Assembly: GCF_041886205.1 (NCBI RefSeq)
Contig: NZ_CP169029.1
DNA length: 64,000 nt
Source: Escherichia coli
GTDB lineage: Bacteria > Pseudomonadota > Gammaproteobacteria > Enterobacterales > Enterobacteriaceae
Direction: 5' to 3' (one strand)
The notes beneath the pieces are model-generated. The model was not told the DNA's origin and searched no databases. It was given only the letters and a program-made list of their open reading frames with translations. Positions 1-16,268 of the stretch are shown here, one piece after another. Position 1 is the first letter of the stretch; each line of letters opens with the position of its first letter. The position numbers were made by a program, and so were the translations under genes.

Positions 1-38
1 GGTTTCATCACAACCTTCCGTTTCACACTGAGAGGTAA

Positions 39-797
<759 letters not shown>

Positions 798-868
798 TAA
801 AACTTTCTTGTCATCGGCTCCGTTCGCCGTTATGATCGGTCGTCTTTTAAGCAACTATTGACACACAC

Positions 869-2227
869 ATGAAGGCAAAAGCGATATTACTCGCCTCTGT
901 CCTGCTCGTGGGTTGCCAGAGTACCGGCAACGTTCAACAGCACGCACAGAGCCTTTCTGCAGCTGGTCAAGGGGAAGCAGCAAAGTTTACAAGTCAGGCA
1001 CGATGGATGGACGATGGGACGTCTATCGCGCCAGATGGTGACTTGTGGGCTTTCATTGGCGACGAGCTAAAGATGGGAATTCCGGAAAATGACCGGATTC
1101 GCGAACAGAAACAGAAATATTTACGCAATAAGAGCTATCTCCACGATGTAACTTTACGGGCAGAGCCGTATATGTACTGGATAGCCGGGCAAGTTAAAAA
1201 ACGTAACATGCCTATGGAACTGGTACTACTACCCATAGTGGAGAGCGCTTTTGATCCTCACGCAACGTCTGGCGCCAATGCCGCAGGCATCTGGCAGATC
1301 ATTCCGAGCACGGGGCGCAATTATGGTTTGAAACAGACCCGCAATTATGACGCGCGTCGCGATGTTGTTGCTTCAACAACTGCCGCGCTGAACATGATGC
1401 AGCGTCTGAACAAGATGTTTGACGGCGACTGGCTTCTGACCGTAGCGGCTTATAACAGCGGCGAAGGTCGGGTCATGAAGGCAATTAAAACGAACAAAGC
1501 GCGTGGGAAATCCACGGACTTCTGGTCGTTACCGTTGCCGCAGGAAACGAAGCAGTACGTGCCTAAAATGCTGGCATTGAGTGATATTCTCAAAAACAGC
1601 AAGCGTTATGGCGTACGTCTGCCAACGACCGATGAAAGCCGTGCTCTGGCGCGTGTGCACCTGAGCAGCCCGGTTGAAATGGCGAAGGTTGCAGATATGG
1701 CGGGGATTTCCGTCAGCAAGCTGAAGACATTCAACGCTGGCGTGAAAGGCTCCACGCTGGGCGCAAGTGGCCCGCAGTACGTGATGGTGCCAAAGAAGCA
1801 TGCAGATCAACTGCGTGAATCTCTGGCTTCAGGCGAAATTGCTGCTGTACAGTCGACGCTGGTTGCCGACAATACGCCGCTTAACAGCCGTGTTTACACC
1901 GTACGCTCTGGCGACACGCTTTCAAGTATCGCTTCACGTCTCGGCGTAAGCACCAAAGATTTGCAGCAGTGGAACAAACTGCGCGGATCTAAGCTGAAGC
2001 CAGGCCAAAGTTTGACGATTGGTGCAGGCAGTAGCGCACAGCGGTTGGCAAACAACAGCGATAGCATTACGTATCGTGTGCGCAAAGGCGATTCGCTTTC
2101 AAGCATTGCTAAACGCCACGGCGTGAACATCAAAGATGTGATGCGCTGGAACAGCGACACTGCGAATCTGCAACCAGGCGATAAGCTGACGTTGTTTGTG
2201 AAAAACAACAACATGCCAGATTCCTGA
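869..2227 (+). CDS. mltD: Membrane-bound lytic murein transglycosylase D (lipoprotein, two C-terminal LysM repeats)
   Basis: 452-aa ORF; lipoprotein signal LLVGC; SLT domain; two tandem LysM repeats near the C-terminus (YTVRSGDTLSSIA... and YRVRKGDSLSSIA...). Confidence 0.95.
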   Translation: MKAKAILLASVLLVGCQSTGNVQQHAQSLSAAGQGEAAKFTSQARWMDDGTSIAPDGDLWAFIGDELKMGIPENDRIREQKQKYLRNKSYLHDVTLRAEPYMYWIAGQVKKRNMPMELVLLPIVESAFDPHATSGANAAGIWQIIPSTGRNYGLKQTRNYDARRDVVASTTAALNMMQRLNKMFDGDWLLTVAAYNSGEGRVMKAIKTNKARGKSTDFWSLPLPQETKQYVPKMLALSDILKNSKRYGVRLPTTDESRALARVHLSSPVEMAKVADMAGISVSKLKTFNAGVKGSTLGASGPQYVMVPKKHADQLRESLASGEIAAVQSTLVADNTPLNSRVYTVRSGDTLSSIASRLGVSTKDLQQWNKLRGSKLKPGQSLTIGAGSSAQRLANNSDSITYRVRKGDSLSSIAKRHGVNIKDVMRWNSDTANLQPGDKLTLFVKNNNMPDS

Positions 2228-2240
2228 CAAACCAGATAAT

Positions 2241-2272
2241 AAAAAGGCACCGATTCCCCCGGTGCCTTTTTT
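2241..2272. terminator. Hairpin plus flanking A/T tracts between convergent mltD and yafE; probable bidirectional intrinsic terminator
   Basis: aaaaaggcaccgattcccccggtgcctttttta: GC stem flanked by A-tract and T-tract. Confidence 0.7.
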
Positions 2273-2274
2273 AT

Positions 2275-3045
2275 TTATGCCGCTTTATGTGCTTCTACCA
2301 TGATGATATCACTGGTGAAAGAGCCATCATTCTGCAAGGAAAAATACGTTCTCACCTCTGTCGATGCGCTCTGTTGGTAAATGCGAATAGCGTCTACTAA
2401 CGCTTCTGGCGTACGCATTCTCACGACCCATGAAGAAAATTCCAGCGGTAACTTATCTGTAATTAAATTATCAACTATCAGATTGGCTTCATTGATTAAC
2501 GTCAACCACTCACCGCTGGCGTAGTTTCGTACGTGAGAGGTATCGCGTAATGCTTCTACCGTCTGTAACCAGATGTCGCGCACTGGGTGGCCCGGAGACA
2601 TTACGTCCATCACAATCAGCCTACCGCCAGGTTTCAATATCCTATTCACTTCACGCAGTGCTGCACCAACATCATGCCAGTGATGGGCAGAATAACGGCT
2701 GATAACAATATCAAATGCGTTATCGGCAAATGGCAGACTTTCGGCATAACCCTGGCGGGTGGTGATATTTTTCAGTTGCCGGGCTTCGGCAGCTTGTGCC
2801 ACGACATCCAGCATTTGGGCAGATAAGTCATACGCCACCACCGCGCTCACGTTTTGCGCAGCGACAAAGCTGGCATGCCCTGCTCCGCAGCCCATATCAA
2901 GTACACTTGCATCAGGATAATCAGCCAGACGCACCGCCAGGCGCTGTAAATCTCGTCCGGATGCATGTACGGTACTAGTCAGATATTCGCTGGCTTGAGA
3001 GCTAAACTGCTTTTCTACGTGGTCATGGTGGGATTGTGTTGTCAT
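2275..3045 (-). CDS. yafE: Class I SAM-dependent methyltransferase (UbiE/COQ5-like)
   Basis: 256-aa ORF with SAM-binding motif I (VLDMGCGAGH); position between mltD and yafD matches yafE. Confidence 0.85.
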   Translation of the reverse strand: MTTQSHHDHVEKQFSSQASEYLTSTVHASGRDLQRLAVRLADYPDASVLDMGCGAGHASFVAAQNVSAVVAYDLSAQMLDVVAQAAEARQLKNITTRQGYAESLPFADNAFDIVISRYSAHHWHDVGAALREVNRILKPGGRLIVMDVMSPGHPVRDIWLQTVEALRDTSHVRNYASGEWLTLINEANLIVDNLITDKLPLEFSSWVVRMRTPEALVDAIRIYQQSASTEVRTYFSLQNDGSFTSDIIMVEAHKAA

Positions 3046-3122
3046 TGCGCTGTCCTTTTGTTGTTTGAGTATAAAAGGGCAGCGCCAAACGTTGGTCTGC
3101 CCTGTGGCAGACCTGACATACC

Positions 3123-3974
<852 letters not shown>

Positions 3975-4163
3975 CTACTGTTATAGGGATTTTAGCTCAC
4001 TCTTTCAACGAGCAATTGTATATTGTTATGTAAGCAAGTGCTTACACCGGTCAGAATTTTGCTCATTATTGAGAACATTAAATCGGATGACATATCACGC
4101 ATCCTGATGGTTTAATGACAAATAAATTCAAAATATCTCTTCTATTTTGCAACAGGAGCAAAA

Positions 4164-5078
4164 ATGAAAGCCACGTCGGAAGAACTCGCCATTTTTGTTT
4201 CGGTCGTCGAAAGCGGCAGCTTTAGCCGGGCAGCGGAACAATTAGGGCAAGCAAACTCAGCGGTAAGCCGGGCGGTGAAAAAGCTGGAGATGAAACTTGG
4301 CGTTAGCCTGCTTAATCGGACCACGCGACAACTTAGCCTGACGGAAGAAGGCGAGCGTTATTTTCGTCGCGTACAGTCAATTTTGCAGGAGATGGCAGCG
4401 GCAGAATCAGAAATTATGGAGACGCGTAATACACCGCGTGGACTGTTACGGATCGATGCCGCAACTCCAGTGGTGCTGCACTTTCTAATGCCGTTAATTA
4501 AGCCTTTCCGTGAACGCTATCCGGAAGTCACTTTATCGCTAGTCTCCTCCGAAACGATTATTAATTTGATCGAAAGAAAAGTGGATGTCGCGATACGCGC
4601 CGGTACGTTAACGGATTCCAGCTTACGTGCCAGACCGTTATTTAACAGTTATCGAAAAATTATCGCCTCCCCCGATTATATTTCCCGCTACGGGAAGCCA
4701 GAAACGATCGACGATTTAAAGCAACATGTTTGCCTGGGATTCACTGAACCCGCTTCCCTCAATACCTGGCCGATAGCCTGTAGTGATGGACAATTACATG
4801 AGGTGAAGTACGGTTTGTCATCCAATAGTGGGGAAACACTGAAACAGCTTTGCCTGAGTGGCAACGGGATTGCGTGTTTGTCCGACTACATGATCGACAA
4901 AGAAATCGCTCGCGGAGAATTGGTGGAGTTAATGGCAGATAAAGTGTTGCCAGTGGAAATGCCATTCAGTGCAGTCTATTACAGCGACCGTGCGGTAAGT
5001 ACGCGCATCCGGGCTTTTATCGATTTCCTTAGCGAGCATGTAAAAACAGCTCCCGGAGGAGCTGTCAGAGAGGCTTAA
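4164..5078 (+). CDS. yafC: LysR-family transcriptional regulator
   Basis: 304-aa ORF with N-terminal HTH ([23 protein letters not shown]) and LysR substrate-binding domain; divergent from yafD. Confidence 0.9.
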   Translation: MKATSEELAIFVSVVESGSFSRAAEQLGQANSAVSRAVKKLEMKLGVSLLNRTTRQLSLTEEGERYFRRVQSILQEMAAAESEIMETRNTPRGLLRIDAATPVVLHFLMPLIKPFRERYPEVTLSLVSSETIINLIERKVDVAIRAGTLTDSSLRARPLFNSYRKIIASPDYISRYGKPETIDDLKQHVCLGFTEPASLNTWPIACSDGQLHEVKYGLSSNSGETLKQLCLSGNGIACLSDYMIDKEIARGELVELMADKVLPVEMPFSAVYYSDRAVSTRIRAFIDFLSEHVKTAPGGAVREA

Positions 5079-5878
5079 TCCCATTCAGGAGCCAGACCTT
5101 CCGGACTAACCAGGCGGTCGTTGCAATCCAGTGCGGCGATCGCTTTTTTATCTTCGACATCAAGCTGTAAATTTTGTGCCTTAAGATTACTCTCCAGGTT
5201 TTCACGTTTAGTAGAAGAAGGAATTACTGAGTAACCTTCCCCCATAGCCCACGCCAGAATCACTTGAGCCGGAGTCGCATTGTGTTTAGCTGCAATACGA
5301 GCAATAACCTCATCTTTCAGTGCCTTGCCATACGCCAGCGTCATATAGGAAGTAATATGGATGCCGTGCTGTTTAGCCCAAGCGACTACTTTACGGTTTT
5401 GCAGATAAGGAGAGAGTTCAATCTGGTTAGTAGCGATGTTTTCAGCGCCAACAGCAGCAATCGCTTTTTCCATCAACGGGATCGTGAAGTTGGAAATACC
5501 GATCTCACGCGTCAGCCCTTGTTTTTTGGCTTCCAGCAGCGCCTGCATAAACTCTTCAACAGAGACTTCATCGCTTGGTGACGGCCAGTGGATTAGCGTC
5601 AGATCAACATAATCGGTACGCAATTTTTGCAGGCTCTCTTTCAGACTCGGGATCAATTTGTCTTTGCTGAGATTTTCAATCCAGATTTTAGTGGTGATGT
5701 AGAGTTCATGACGTGGTACGCCACTTTCTGCAATCGCCTGACCTACTGCGGCTTCGTTATCATAGATTTGTGCGGTATCAATTGCGCGATAACCAAGTTC
5801 AAGCGCCGTTTTCACAGATGAAATAACAACGTCGTCTTTCAGACGGAAAGTACCTAAACCAAATGCAGGGATAGCCAT
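5075..5878 (-). CDS. dkgB: 2,5-diketo-D-gluconate reductase B (aldo-keto reductase)
   Basis: 267-aa ORF of the AKR family; recognised DkgB sequence; 4-bp convergent overlap with the yafC stop. Confidence 0.92.
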   Translation of the reverse strand: MAIPAFGLGTFRLKDDVVISSVKTALELGYRAIDTAQIYDNEAAVGQAIAESGVPRHELYITTKIWIENLSKDKLIPSLKESLQKLRTDYVDLTLIHWPSPSDEVSVEEFMQALLEAKKQGLTREIGISNFTIPLMEKAIAAVGAENIATNQIELSPYLQNRKVVAWAKQHGIHITSYMTLAYGKALKDEVIARIAAKHNATPAQVILAWAMGEGYSVIPSSTKRENLESNLKAQNLQLDVEDKKAIAALDCNDRLVSPEGLAPEWD

Positions 5879-5997
5879 AATATGCCTCTTTTAATGCTAT
5901 TTTCGTTAACTGAGGTGATTATGGGCTTCAGACTGTTGCGGAAAAAGAGCGTAAAACGCAGAGGATTTTTGCGATTCTGGCAATAATAGATATCCAG

Positions 5998-6030
5998 ACG
6001 AAAAAAAACCTCGAGCGTTAACTCGAGGCT
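5998..6030 (-). terminator. rrnH operon terminator (hairpin plus T-tract on the minus strand, distal to aspU)
   Basis: Minus strand reads gcctcgagttaacgctcgagg followed by tttttttt, immediately downstream of tRNA-Asp. Confidence 0.7.
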
Positions 6031-6040
6031 TCTTAATAAG

Positions 6041-6117
6041 TGGCGGAACGGACGGGACTCGAACCCGCGACCCCCTGCGTGACAGGCAGGTATTCTAACC
6101 GACTGAACTACCGCTCC
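6041..6117 (-). tRNA. aspU: tRNA-Asp (GUC), distal tRNA of rrnH
   Basis: Exact reverse complement of E. coli tRNA-Asp including the CCA end (tggcggaacggacgggactcgaacccgcgaccccctgcgtgacaggcaggtattctaaccgactgaactaccgctcc). Confidence 0.97.
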
Positions 6118-6169
6118 ACCGAATTCTTTTACAACCACCGGTTTTATGACCGGCTTAATGCTTAATTTG

Positions 6170-6289
6170 ATGCCTGGCAGTTCCCTACTCTCGCATGGGG
6201 AGACCCCACACTACCATCGGCGCTACGGCGTTTCACTTCTGAGTTCGGCATGGGGTCAGGTGGGACCACCGCGCTACGGCCGCCAGGCA
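6170..6289 (-). rRNA. rrfH: 5S ribosomal RNA
   Basis: 120-nt exact reverse complement of E. coli 5S rRNA (tgcctggcggccgtagcgcggtgg ... ctgccaggcat). Confidence 0.97.
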
Positions 6290-6381
6290 AATTCTTTTTT
6301 ATCAGACCGCTTCTGCGTTCTGATTTAATCTGTATCAGGCTGAAAATCTTCTCTCATCCGCCAAAACACCTTCGGCGTTGT

Positions 6382-9285
<2,904 letters not shown>

Positions 9286-9394
9286 TCACAACCCGAAGAT
9301 GTTTCTTTCGATTCATCATCGTGTTGCGAAAATTTGAGAGACTCACGAACAACTTTCGTTGTTCAGTGTTTCAATTTTCAGCTTGATCCAGATT

Positions 9395-9405
9395 TTTAAA
9401 GAGCA
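9395..9405 (-). promoter_or_regulatory. boxA-like antitermination element in the 16S-23S spacer
   Basis: Minus strand reads tgctctttaaa, matching the boxA core (TGCTCTTTAACAA) used by the rrn antitermination system. Confidence 0.5.
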
Positions 9406-9468
9406 AAACTTCGCAGTGAACCTTTGCAGGTACACTCTGAAGTATTTTTTATTTAATCACTACAGAGA

Positions 9469-9544
9469 TGGTGGAGCTATGCGGGATCGAACCGCAGACC
9501 TCCTGCGTGCAAAGCAGGCGCTCTCCCAGCTGAGCTATAGCCCC
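9469..9544 (-). tRNA. alaV: tRNA-Ala (UGC), spacer tRNA
   Basis: Exact reverse complement of E. coli tRNA-Ala(UGC) with CCA. Confidence 0.97.
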
Positions 9545-9586
9545 ATAACATGTAGTTAAAACCTCTTCAAATTTGCGGTGCAAATT

Positions 9587-9663
<77 letters not shown>

Positions 9664-9731
9664 GTAGAGGTTTTACTGCTCATTTTCATCAGACAATCTG
9701 TGTGAGCACTGCAAAGTACGCTTCTTTAAGG

Positions 9732-11273
<1,542 letters not shown>

Positions 11274-11404
11274 AAAAGTTTGATGCTCAAAGAATTAAAC
11301 TTCGTAATGAATTACGTGTTCACTCTTGAGACTTGGTATTCATTTTTCGTCTTGCGACGTTAAGAATCCGTATCTTCGAGTGCCCACACAGATTGTCTGA
11401 TAAA

Positions 11405-11417
11405 TTGTTAAAGAGCA
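11405..11417 (-). promoter_or_regulatory. rrn leader boxA antitermination element
   Basis: Minus strand reads TGCTCTTTAACAA, the canonical rrn boxA, in the leader upstream of the 16S gene. Confidence 0.75.
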
Positions 11418-11457
11418 GTTGCGACGCGGCTTTCAGCTCACTGTCGCGAGGTGGCGT

Positions 11458-11485
11458 ATATTACGCTTTCCTCTTTCAGAGTCAA
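11458..11485 (-). promoter_or_regulatory. rrnH P2 promoter (-35 TTGACT, 16-bp spacer, -10 TAATAT)
   Basis: Minus-strand hexamers with 16-bp spacing, about 110 bp downstream of P1, as in E. coli rrn operons. Confidence 0.65.
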
Positions 11486-11567
11486 CCCTGAATTTCAGGA
11501 TTTTTCTCTTCAACCGAACCGGCTGTTTGTGTGAAGTGATTCACATCCGCCGTGTCGATGGAGGCGC

Positions 11568-11625
11568 ATTATAGGGAGTCGTCTCAGGAAGACAAGTGGA
11601 AAAATGCATTTTTATTTCAATCGCT
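11568..11625 (-). promoter_or_regulatory. rrnH P1 promoter (-35 TTGTCT, 16-bp spacer, -10 TATAAT) with upstream AT-rich UP-element region
   Basis: Minus strand reads TTGTCTtcctgagacgactcccTATAATgcgcc; an A/T-rich tract lies immediately upstream (11596-11625). Confidence 0.75.
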
Positions 11626-11638
11626 CATCTTTTAATCA

Positions 11639-12211
11639 TTATGCCGGTTTTTGCTGCTTTTTTATCGCTTGCGGCAGGTCTGCCAGGCTATTTAACACCC
11701 AATCCGCCGCGTTTTCTGCTTCAGGCGTAATAGGTTTACCCGTACGCACCAGCACTTTTGTTCCCACGTTCGCCGCAGCCGCTGCCTGCATATCTTCTAA
11801 TTTATCGCCCACCATATAAGAAGCGGCCATATCAATATGCAAATAATCGCGTGCTGACAAAAGCATCCCCGGATGTGGTTTACGGCAGTCGCAGACCTGG
11901 CGAAACTCTTCAACACTACCCTGCGGATGATGCGGGCAATAATAGATACCATCCAGATCGACATCTCGGTCCGCCAGCGACCAGTCCATCCACTCGGTCA
12001 GCGTTTCAAACTGTGCTTCGGTAAATTTACCGCGAGCAATGCCAGACTGGTTGGTTACTACCACCAGCGCAAAGCCCATTTTTTTTAGCTCGCGCATGGC
12101 GTCAATAACACCGTCGATAAATTCAAAGTTGTCGATCTCATGGACATAGCCGTGATCGACATTAATGGTGCCATCACGGTCAAGAAAAATTGCGGGTACG
12201 CTCTTTGCCAC
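11639..12211 (-). CDS. gmhB: D-glycero-beta-D-manno-heptose-1,7-bisphosphate 7-phosphatase (HAD family)
   Basis: 190-aa ORF with HAD motif I (FLDRDGTIN); recognised GmhB sequence; immediately upstream of rrnH as in K-12. Confidence 0.93.
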   Translation of the reverse strand: MAKSVPAIFLDRDGTINVDHGYVHEIDNFEFIDGVIDAMRELKKMGFALVVVTNQSGIARGKFTEAQFETLTEWMDWSLADRDVDLDGIYYCPHHPQGSVEEFRQVCDCRKPHPGMLLSARDYLHIDMAASYMVGDKLEDMQAAAAANVGTKVLVRTGKPITPEAENAADWVLNSLADLPQAIKKQQKPA

Positions 12212-12300
12212 CTTTTATAGCTCCTTAATAAGGCATGTGACGCTAGTATCGCATGTTTCGACCTGCAAGAAAGTGCTCTTCGCATAAACCTGATTGATTT

Positions 12301-12324
12301 AGACGTCTGGATGCCTTAACATCC
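12301..12324 (+). promoter_or_regulatory. Putative MetJ operator (met boxes) upstream of metN
   Basis: Perfect AGACGTCT octamer followed by two degenerate 8-bp repeats (ggatgcct, taacatcc), about 75 bp upstream of the metN start; metNIQ is a known MetJ-regulated operon. Confidence 0.5.
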
Positions 12325-12398
12325 ATTTCATTGACGGCGTTGCCCGTTTCAGGCATTCGAGATGCCACGACTAACTTAATGACGATAATAAATAATCA

Positions 12399-13430
12399 AT
12401 GATAAAACTTTCGAATATCACCAAAGTGTTCCACCAGGGCACCCGCACCATCCAGGCGTTGAACAACGTCAGCCTGCATGTGCCAGCTGGACAAATTTAT
12501 GGCGTTATCGGTGCCTCAGGCGCGGGTAAGAGTACGCTTATACGTTGTGTAAACCTGCTGGAGCGCCCAACCGAGGGTAGCGTGCTGGTCGATGGCCAGG
12601 AACTGACCACGCTGTCAGAATCCGAGTTGACCAAAGCTCGCCGCCAGATTGGTATGATTTTCCAGCATTTTAACCTGCTCTCTTCGCGTACTGTTTTTGG
12701 CAACGTGGCTCTGCCGCTGGAGCTGGACAACACACCGAAAGACGAGATCAAACGTCGCGTGACGGAATTGCTGTCATTGGTTGGTCTTGGCGATAAGCAT
12801 GATAGCTACCCATCGAATCTTTCCGGTGGGCAGAAACAGCGTGTGGCGATTGCCCGTGCGTTAGCCAGCAATCCCAAAGTATTGCTGTGTGATGAAGCCA
12901 CCAGCGCGCTGGACCCGGCAACGACACGTTCTATTCTCGAGCTGCTGAAAGACATTAACCGCCGTCTGGGTTTGACGATTCTGTTGATCACCCACGAAAT
13001 GGACGTTGTAAAGCGTATTTGTGATTGCGTGGCGGTCATCAGCAATGGCGAACTGATCGAGCAGGACACGGTAAGTGAAGTGTTTTCGCATCCGAAAACG
13101 CCGTTGGCGCAGAAGTTTATTCAGTCGACCCTGCATCTGGATATCCCGGAAGATTACCAGGAACGTCTGCAAGCGGAGCCATTCACTGACTGCGTGCCGA
13201 TGCTGCGTCTGGAGTTTACCGGTCAGTCGGTCGATGCCCCACTGCTTTCTGAAACCGCGCGTCGTTTCAACGTCAACAACAACATTATTAGCGCGCAGAT
13301 GGACTACGCCGGTGGCGTTAAGTTCGGCATCATGCTGACTGAAATGCACGGCACACAACAAGATACGCAAGCCGCCATTGCCTGGCTGCAGGAACACCAT
13401 GTAAAAGTAGAGGTACTGGGTTATGTCTGA
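12399..13430 (+). CDS. metN: Methionine ABC transporter ATP-binding protein
   Basis: 343-aa ORF with Walker A (GASGAGKST), ABC signature (LSGGQKQR) and Walker B (LLCDE); C-terminal regulatory domain. Confidence 0.95.
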
Positions 13431-14076
13431 GCCGATGATGTGGCTGCTGGTTCGTGGCGTATGGGAAACGCTGGCAATGACCTTCGTATCCGGTTTTTTT
13501 GGCTTTGTGATTGGTCTGCCGGTTGGCGTTCTGCTTTATGTCACGCGTCCGGGGCAAATTATTGCTAACGCGAAGCTGTATCGTACCGTTTCTGCAATTG
13601 TGAACATTTTCCGTTCCATCCCGTTCATTATCTTGCTGGTATGGATGATTCCGTTTACCCGAGTTATTGTCGGTACATCGATTGGTTTGCAGGCAGCGAT
13701 TGTTCCGTTAACCGTTGGCGCAGCGCCGTTTATTGCCCGTATGGTCGAGAACGCTCTTCTGGAGATCCCAACCGGGTTAATTGAAGCTTCCCGCGCAATG
13801 GGTGCCACGCCAATGCAGATCGTCCGTAAAGTGCTGTTACCGGAAGCGTTGCCGGGTCTGGTGAATGCGGCAACTATCACCCTGATTACCCTAGTCGGTT
13901 ATTCCGCGATGGGTGGTGCAGTCGGTGCCGGTGGTTTAGGTCAGATTGGCTATCAGTATGGCTACATCGGCTACAACGCGACGGTGATGAATACGGTACT
14001 GGTATTGCTGGTCATTCTGGTTTATTTAATTCAGTTCGCAGGCGACCGCATCGTCCGGGCTGTCACTCGCAAGTAA
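13423..14076 (+). CDS. metI: Methionine ABC transporter permease
   Basis: 217-aa hydrophobic ORF overlapping the metN stop by 8 bp; recognised MetI. Confidence 0.95.
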
Positions 14077-14115
14077 CGTTCAACACAACATAAATAATTG
14101 AAGAAGGAATAAGGT

Positions 14116-14931
14116 ATGGCGTTCAAATTCAAAACCTTTGCGGCAGTGGGAGCCCTGATTGGATCACTGGCACTGGTAGGCTGCGGTCAGGATGAAAAAG
14201 ATCCAAACCACATTAAAGTCGGCGTGATTGTTGGTGCCGAACAGCAGGTTGCAGAAGTCGCGCAGAAAGTTGCGAAAGACAAATATGGCCTGGACGTTGA
14301 GCTGGTAACCTTCAACGACTATGTTCTGCCAAACGAAGCATTGAGCAAAGGCGATATCGACGCCAACGCCTTCCAGCATAAACCGTACCTTGATCAGCAA
14401 CTGAAAGATCGTGGCTACAAACTGGTCGCAGTAGGCAACACTTTTGTTTATCCGATTGCTGGTTACTCCAAGAAAATCAAATCACTGGATGAACTGCAGG
14501 ATGGTTCGCAGGTTGCCGTGCCAAACGACCCAACTAACCTTGGTCGTTCACTGCTGCTGCTGCAAAAAGTGGGCTTGATCAAACTGAAAGATGGCGTTGG
14601 CCTGCTGCCGACCGTTCTTGATGTTGTTGAGAACCCCAAAAATCTGAAAATTGTTGAACTGGAAGCACCGCAACTGCCGCGTTCTCTGGACGACGCGCAA
14701 ATCGCTCTGGCAGTTATCAATACCACCTATGCCAGCCAGATTGGCCTGACTCCGGCGAAAGACGGTATCTTTGTTGAAGATAAAGAGTCCCCGTACGTAA
14801 ACCTGATCGTGACGCGTGAAGATAACAAAGACGCCGAGAACGTGAAGAAATTCGTCCAGGCTTATCAGTCTGACGAAGTTTACGAAGCAGCAAACAAAGT
14901 GTTTAACGGCGGAGCTGTTAAAGGCTGGTAA
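14116..14931 (+). CDS. metQ: Methionine ABC transporter substrate-binding lipoprotein
   Basis: 271-aa ORF with lipoprotein signal (LALVGC); NlpA-family binding protein. Confidence 0.95.
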   Translation: MAFKFKTFAAVGALIGSLALVGCGQDEKDPNHIKVGVIVGAEQQVAEVAQKVAKDKYGLDVELVTFNDYVLPNEALSKGDIDANAFQHKPYLDQQLKDRGYKLVAVGNTFVYPIAGYSKKIKSLDELQDGSQVAVPNDPTNLGRSLLLLQKVGLIKLKDGVGLLPTVLDVVENPKNLKIVELEAPQLPRSLDDAQIALAVINTTYASQIGLTPAKDGIFVEDKESPYVNLIVTREDNKDAENVKKFVQAYQSDEVYEAANKVFNGGAVKGW

Positions 14932-14968
14932 TTTTTAGGCTGTTTCCACAATTTGTAATATCATTCAG

Positions 14969-14997
14969 GACGGGCGCTTGCCCGTCTTGTCATTTTT
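14969..14997 (+). terminator. Intrinsic terminator after metQ
   Basis: gacgggcgcttgcccgtc hairpin followed by a T-rich tract (ttgtcattttta). Confidence 0.7.
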
Positions 14998-15048
14998 ACA
15001 AGCTCCTGATTCAATATTGACGTTTTGATCATACATTGAGGAAATACT

Positions 15049-15453
15049 ATGCGTGCTTTACCGATCTGTTTAGTAGCACTCATGCTAAGCGGCTGTTCCA
15101 TGTTAAGCAGATCCCCTGTCGAACCCGTTCAAAGCACTGCACCCCAGCCGAAAGCGGAGCCTGCAAAACCGAAAGCGCCGCGCGCCACGCCGGTCCGAAT
15201 TTATACCAATGCAGAAGAATTAGTCGGCAAACCGTTCCGCGATCTCGGTGAAGTCAGTGGCGACTCTTGCCAGGCCTCTAATCAGGACTCTCCGCCGAGC
15301 ATTCCAACCGCACGTAAGCGGATGCAAATCAACGCCTCTAAAATGAAAGCCAATGCTGTATTACTGCATAGCTGCGAAGTCACCAGCGGTACGCCAGGCT
15401 GCTATCGTCAGGCTGTATGTATCGGTTCTGCGCTTAACATTACGGCGAAATGA
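15049..15453 (+). CDS. rcsF: Outer-membrane lipoprotein RcsF (Rcs phosphorelay sensor)
   Basis: 134-aa ORF; lipobox (LSGC); proline/lysine-rich linker; conserved C-terminal cysteines. Confidence 0.93.
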   Translation: MRALPICLVALMLSGCSMLSRSPVEPVQSTAPQPKAEPAKPKAPRATPVRIYTNAEELVGKPFRDLGEVSGDSCQASNQDSPPSIPTARKRMQINASKMKANAVLLHSCEVTSGTPGCYRQAVCIGSALNITAK

Positions 15454-16157
15454 GCAGTTTCCAGTTCGAGCAAATAGGCGTTATTCGCTCGCCCTATAAA
15501 GAAAAGTTCGCCGTTCCGCGCCAGCCAGGTCTGGTAAAAAGCGCCAACGGCGAACTGCATCTCATTGCTCCCTACAACCAGGCCGACGCCGTTCGCGGCT
15601 TGGAAGCGTTCAGCCATTTATGGATCCTTTTCGTCTTTCATCAAACGATGGTAGGCGGCTGGCGTCCGACTGTGCGTCCACCGCGCCTCGGCGGTAACGC
15701 CAGAATGGGGGTTTTCGCAACACGCTCTACTTTCCGCCCTAACCCAATTGGCATGTCGCTGGTAGAGCTGAAAGAGGTTGTTTGCCATAAAGACAGCGTG
15801 ATTCTGAAGCTCGGCAGTCTGGATCTGGTCGATGGTACGCCGGTAGTGGATATCAAACCGTATCTCCCCTTTGCCGAATCGCTTCCCGATGCCAGTGCCA
15901 GCTATGCGCAAAGTGCGCCAGCTGCAGAGATGGCGGTGAGTTTTACCGCAGAGGTCGAAAAGCAGCTTTTGACGCTGGAGAAGCGTTATCCGCAGTTAAC
16001 GCTGTTTATCCGCGAAGTACTGGCGCAGGACCCGCGCCCGGCCTATCGTAAAGGTGAGGAAACGGGCAAAACCTATGCCGTCTGGCTACATGATTTTAAC
16101 GTTCGCTGGCGCGTCACCGACGCAGGTTTTGAAGTCTTTGCGCTGGAACCGCGTTAA
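15450..16157 (+). CDS. tsaA: tRNA (adenine37-N6)-methyltransferase TsaA (YaeB)
   Basis: 235-aa ORF overlapping the rcsF stop by 4 bp; recognised YaeB/TsaA sequence. Confidence 0.9.
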   Translation: MSSFQFEQIGVIRSPYKEKFAVPRQPGLVKSANGELHLIAPYNQADAVRGLEAFSHLWILFVFHQTMVGGWRPTVRPPRLGGNARMGVFATRSTFRPNPIGMSLVELKEVVCHKDSVILKLGSLDLVDGTPVVDIKPYLPFAESLPDASASYAQSAPAAEMAVSFTAEVEKQLLTLEKRYPQLTLFIREVLAQDPRPAYRKGEETGKTYAVWLHDFNVRWRVTDAGFEVFALEPR

Positions 16158-16268
16158 ATTCACGCCCTTCTCTTTTGACATTTCTTTTGCACTGGTAAAC
16201 TAAATCACTTTTTTTTGTCCCAGGCTCGCCTTGAGCCTGTTCTACCTTCCAACTGGAACCGTAACAAC

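Noticed and set aside
16215-16268. N-terminal extensions in the track ORFs for proS, yaeF, yaeR, rseP, rpsB, cdaR, btuF, erpA, fabZ and yaeP
   Set aside because: The recognised protein N-termini (often signal peptides or conserved first residues) begin at downstream in-frame starts; the extensions run into terminators, leaders or upstream genes.
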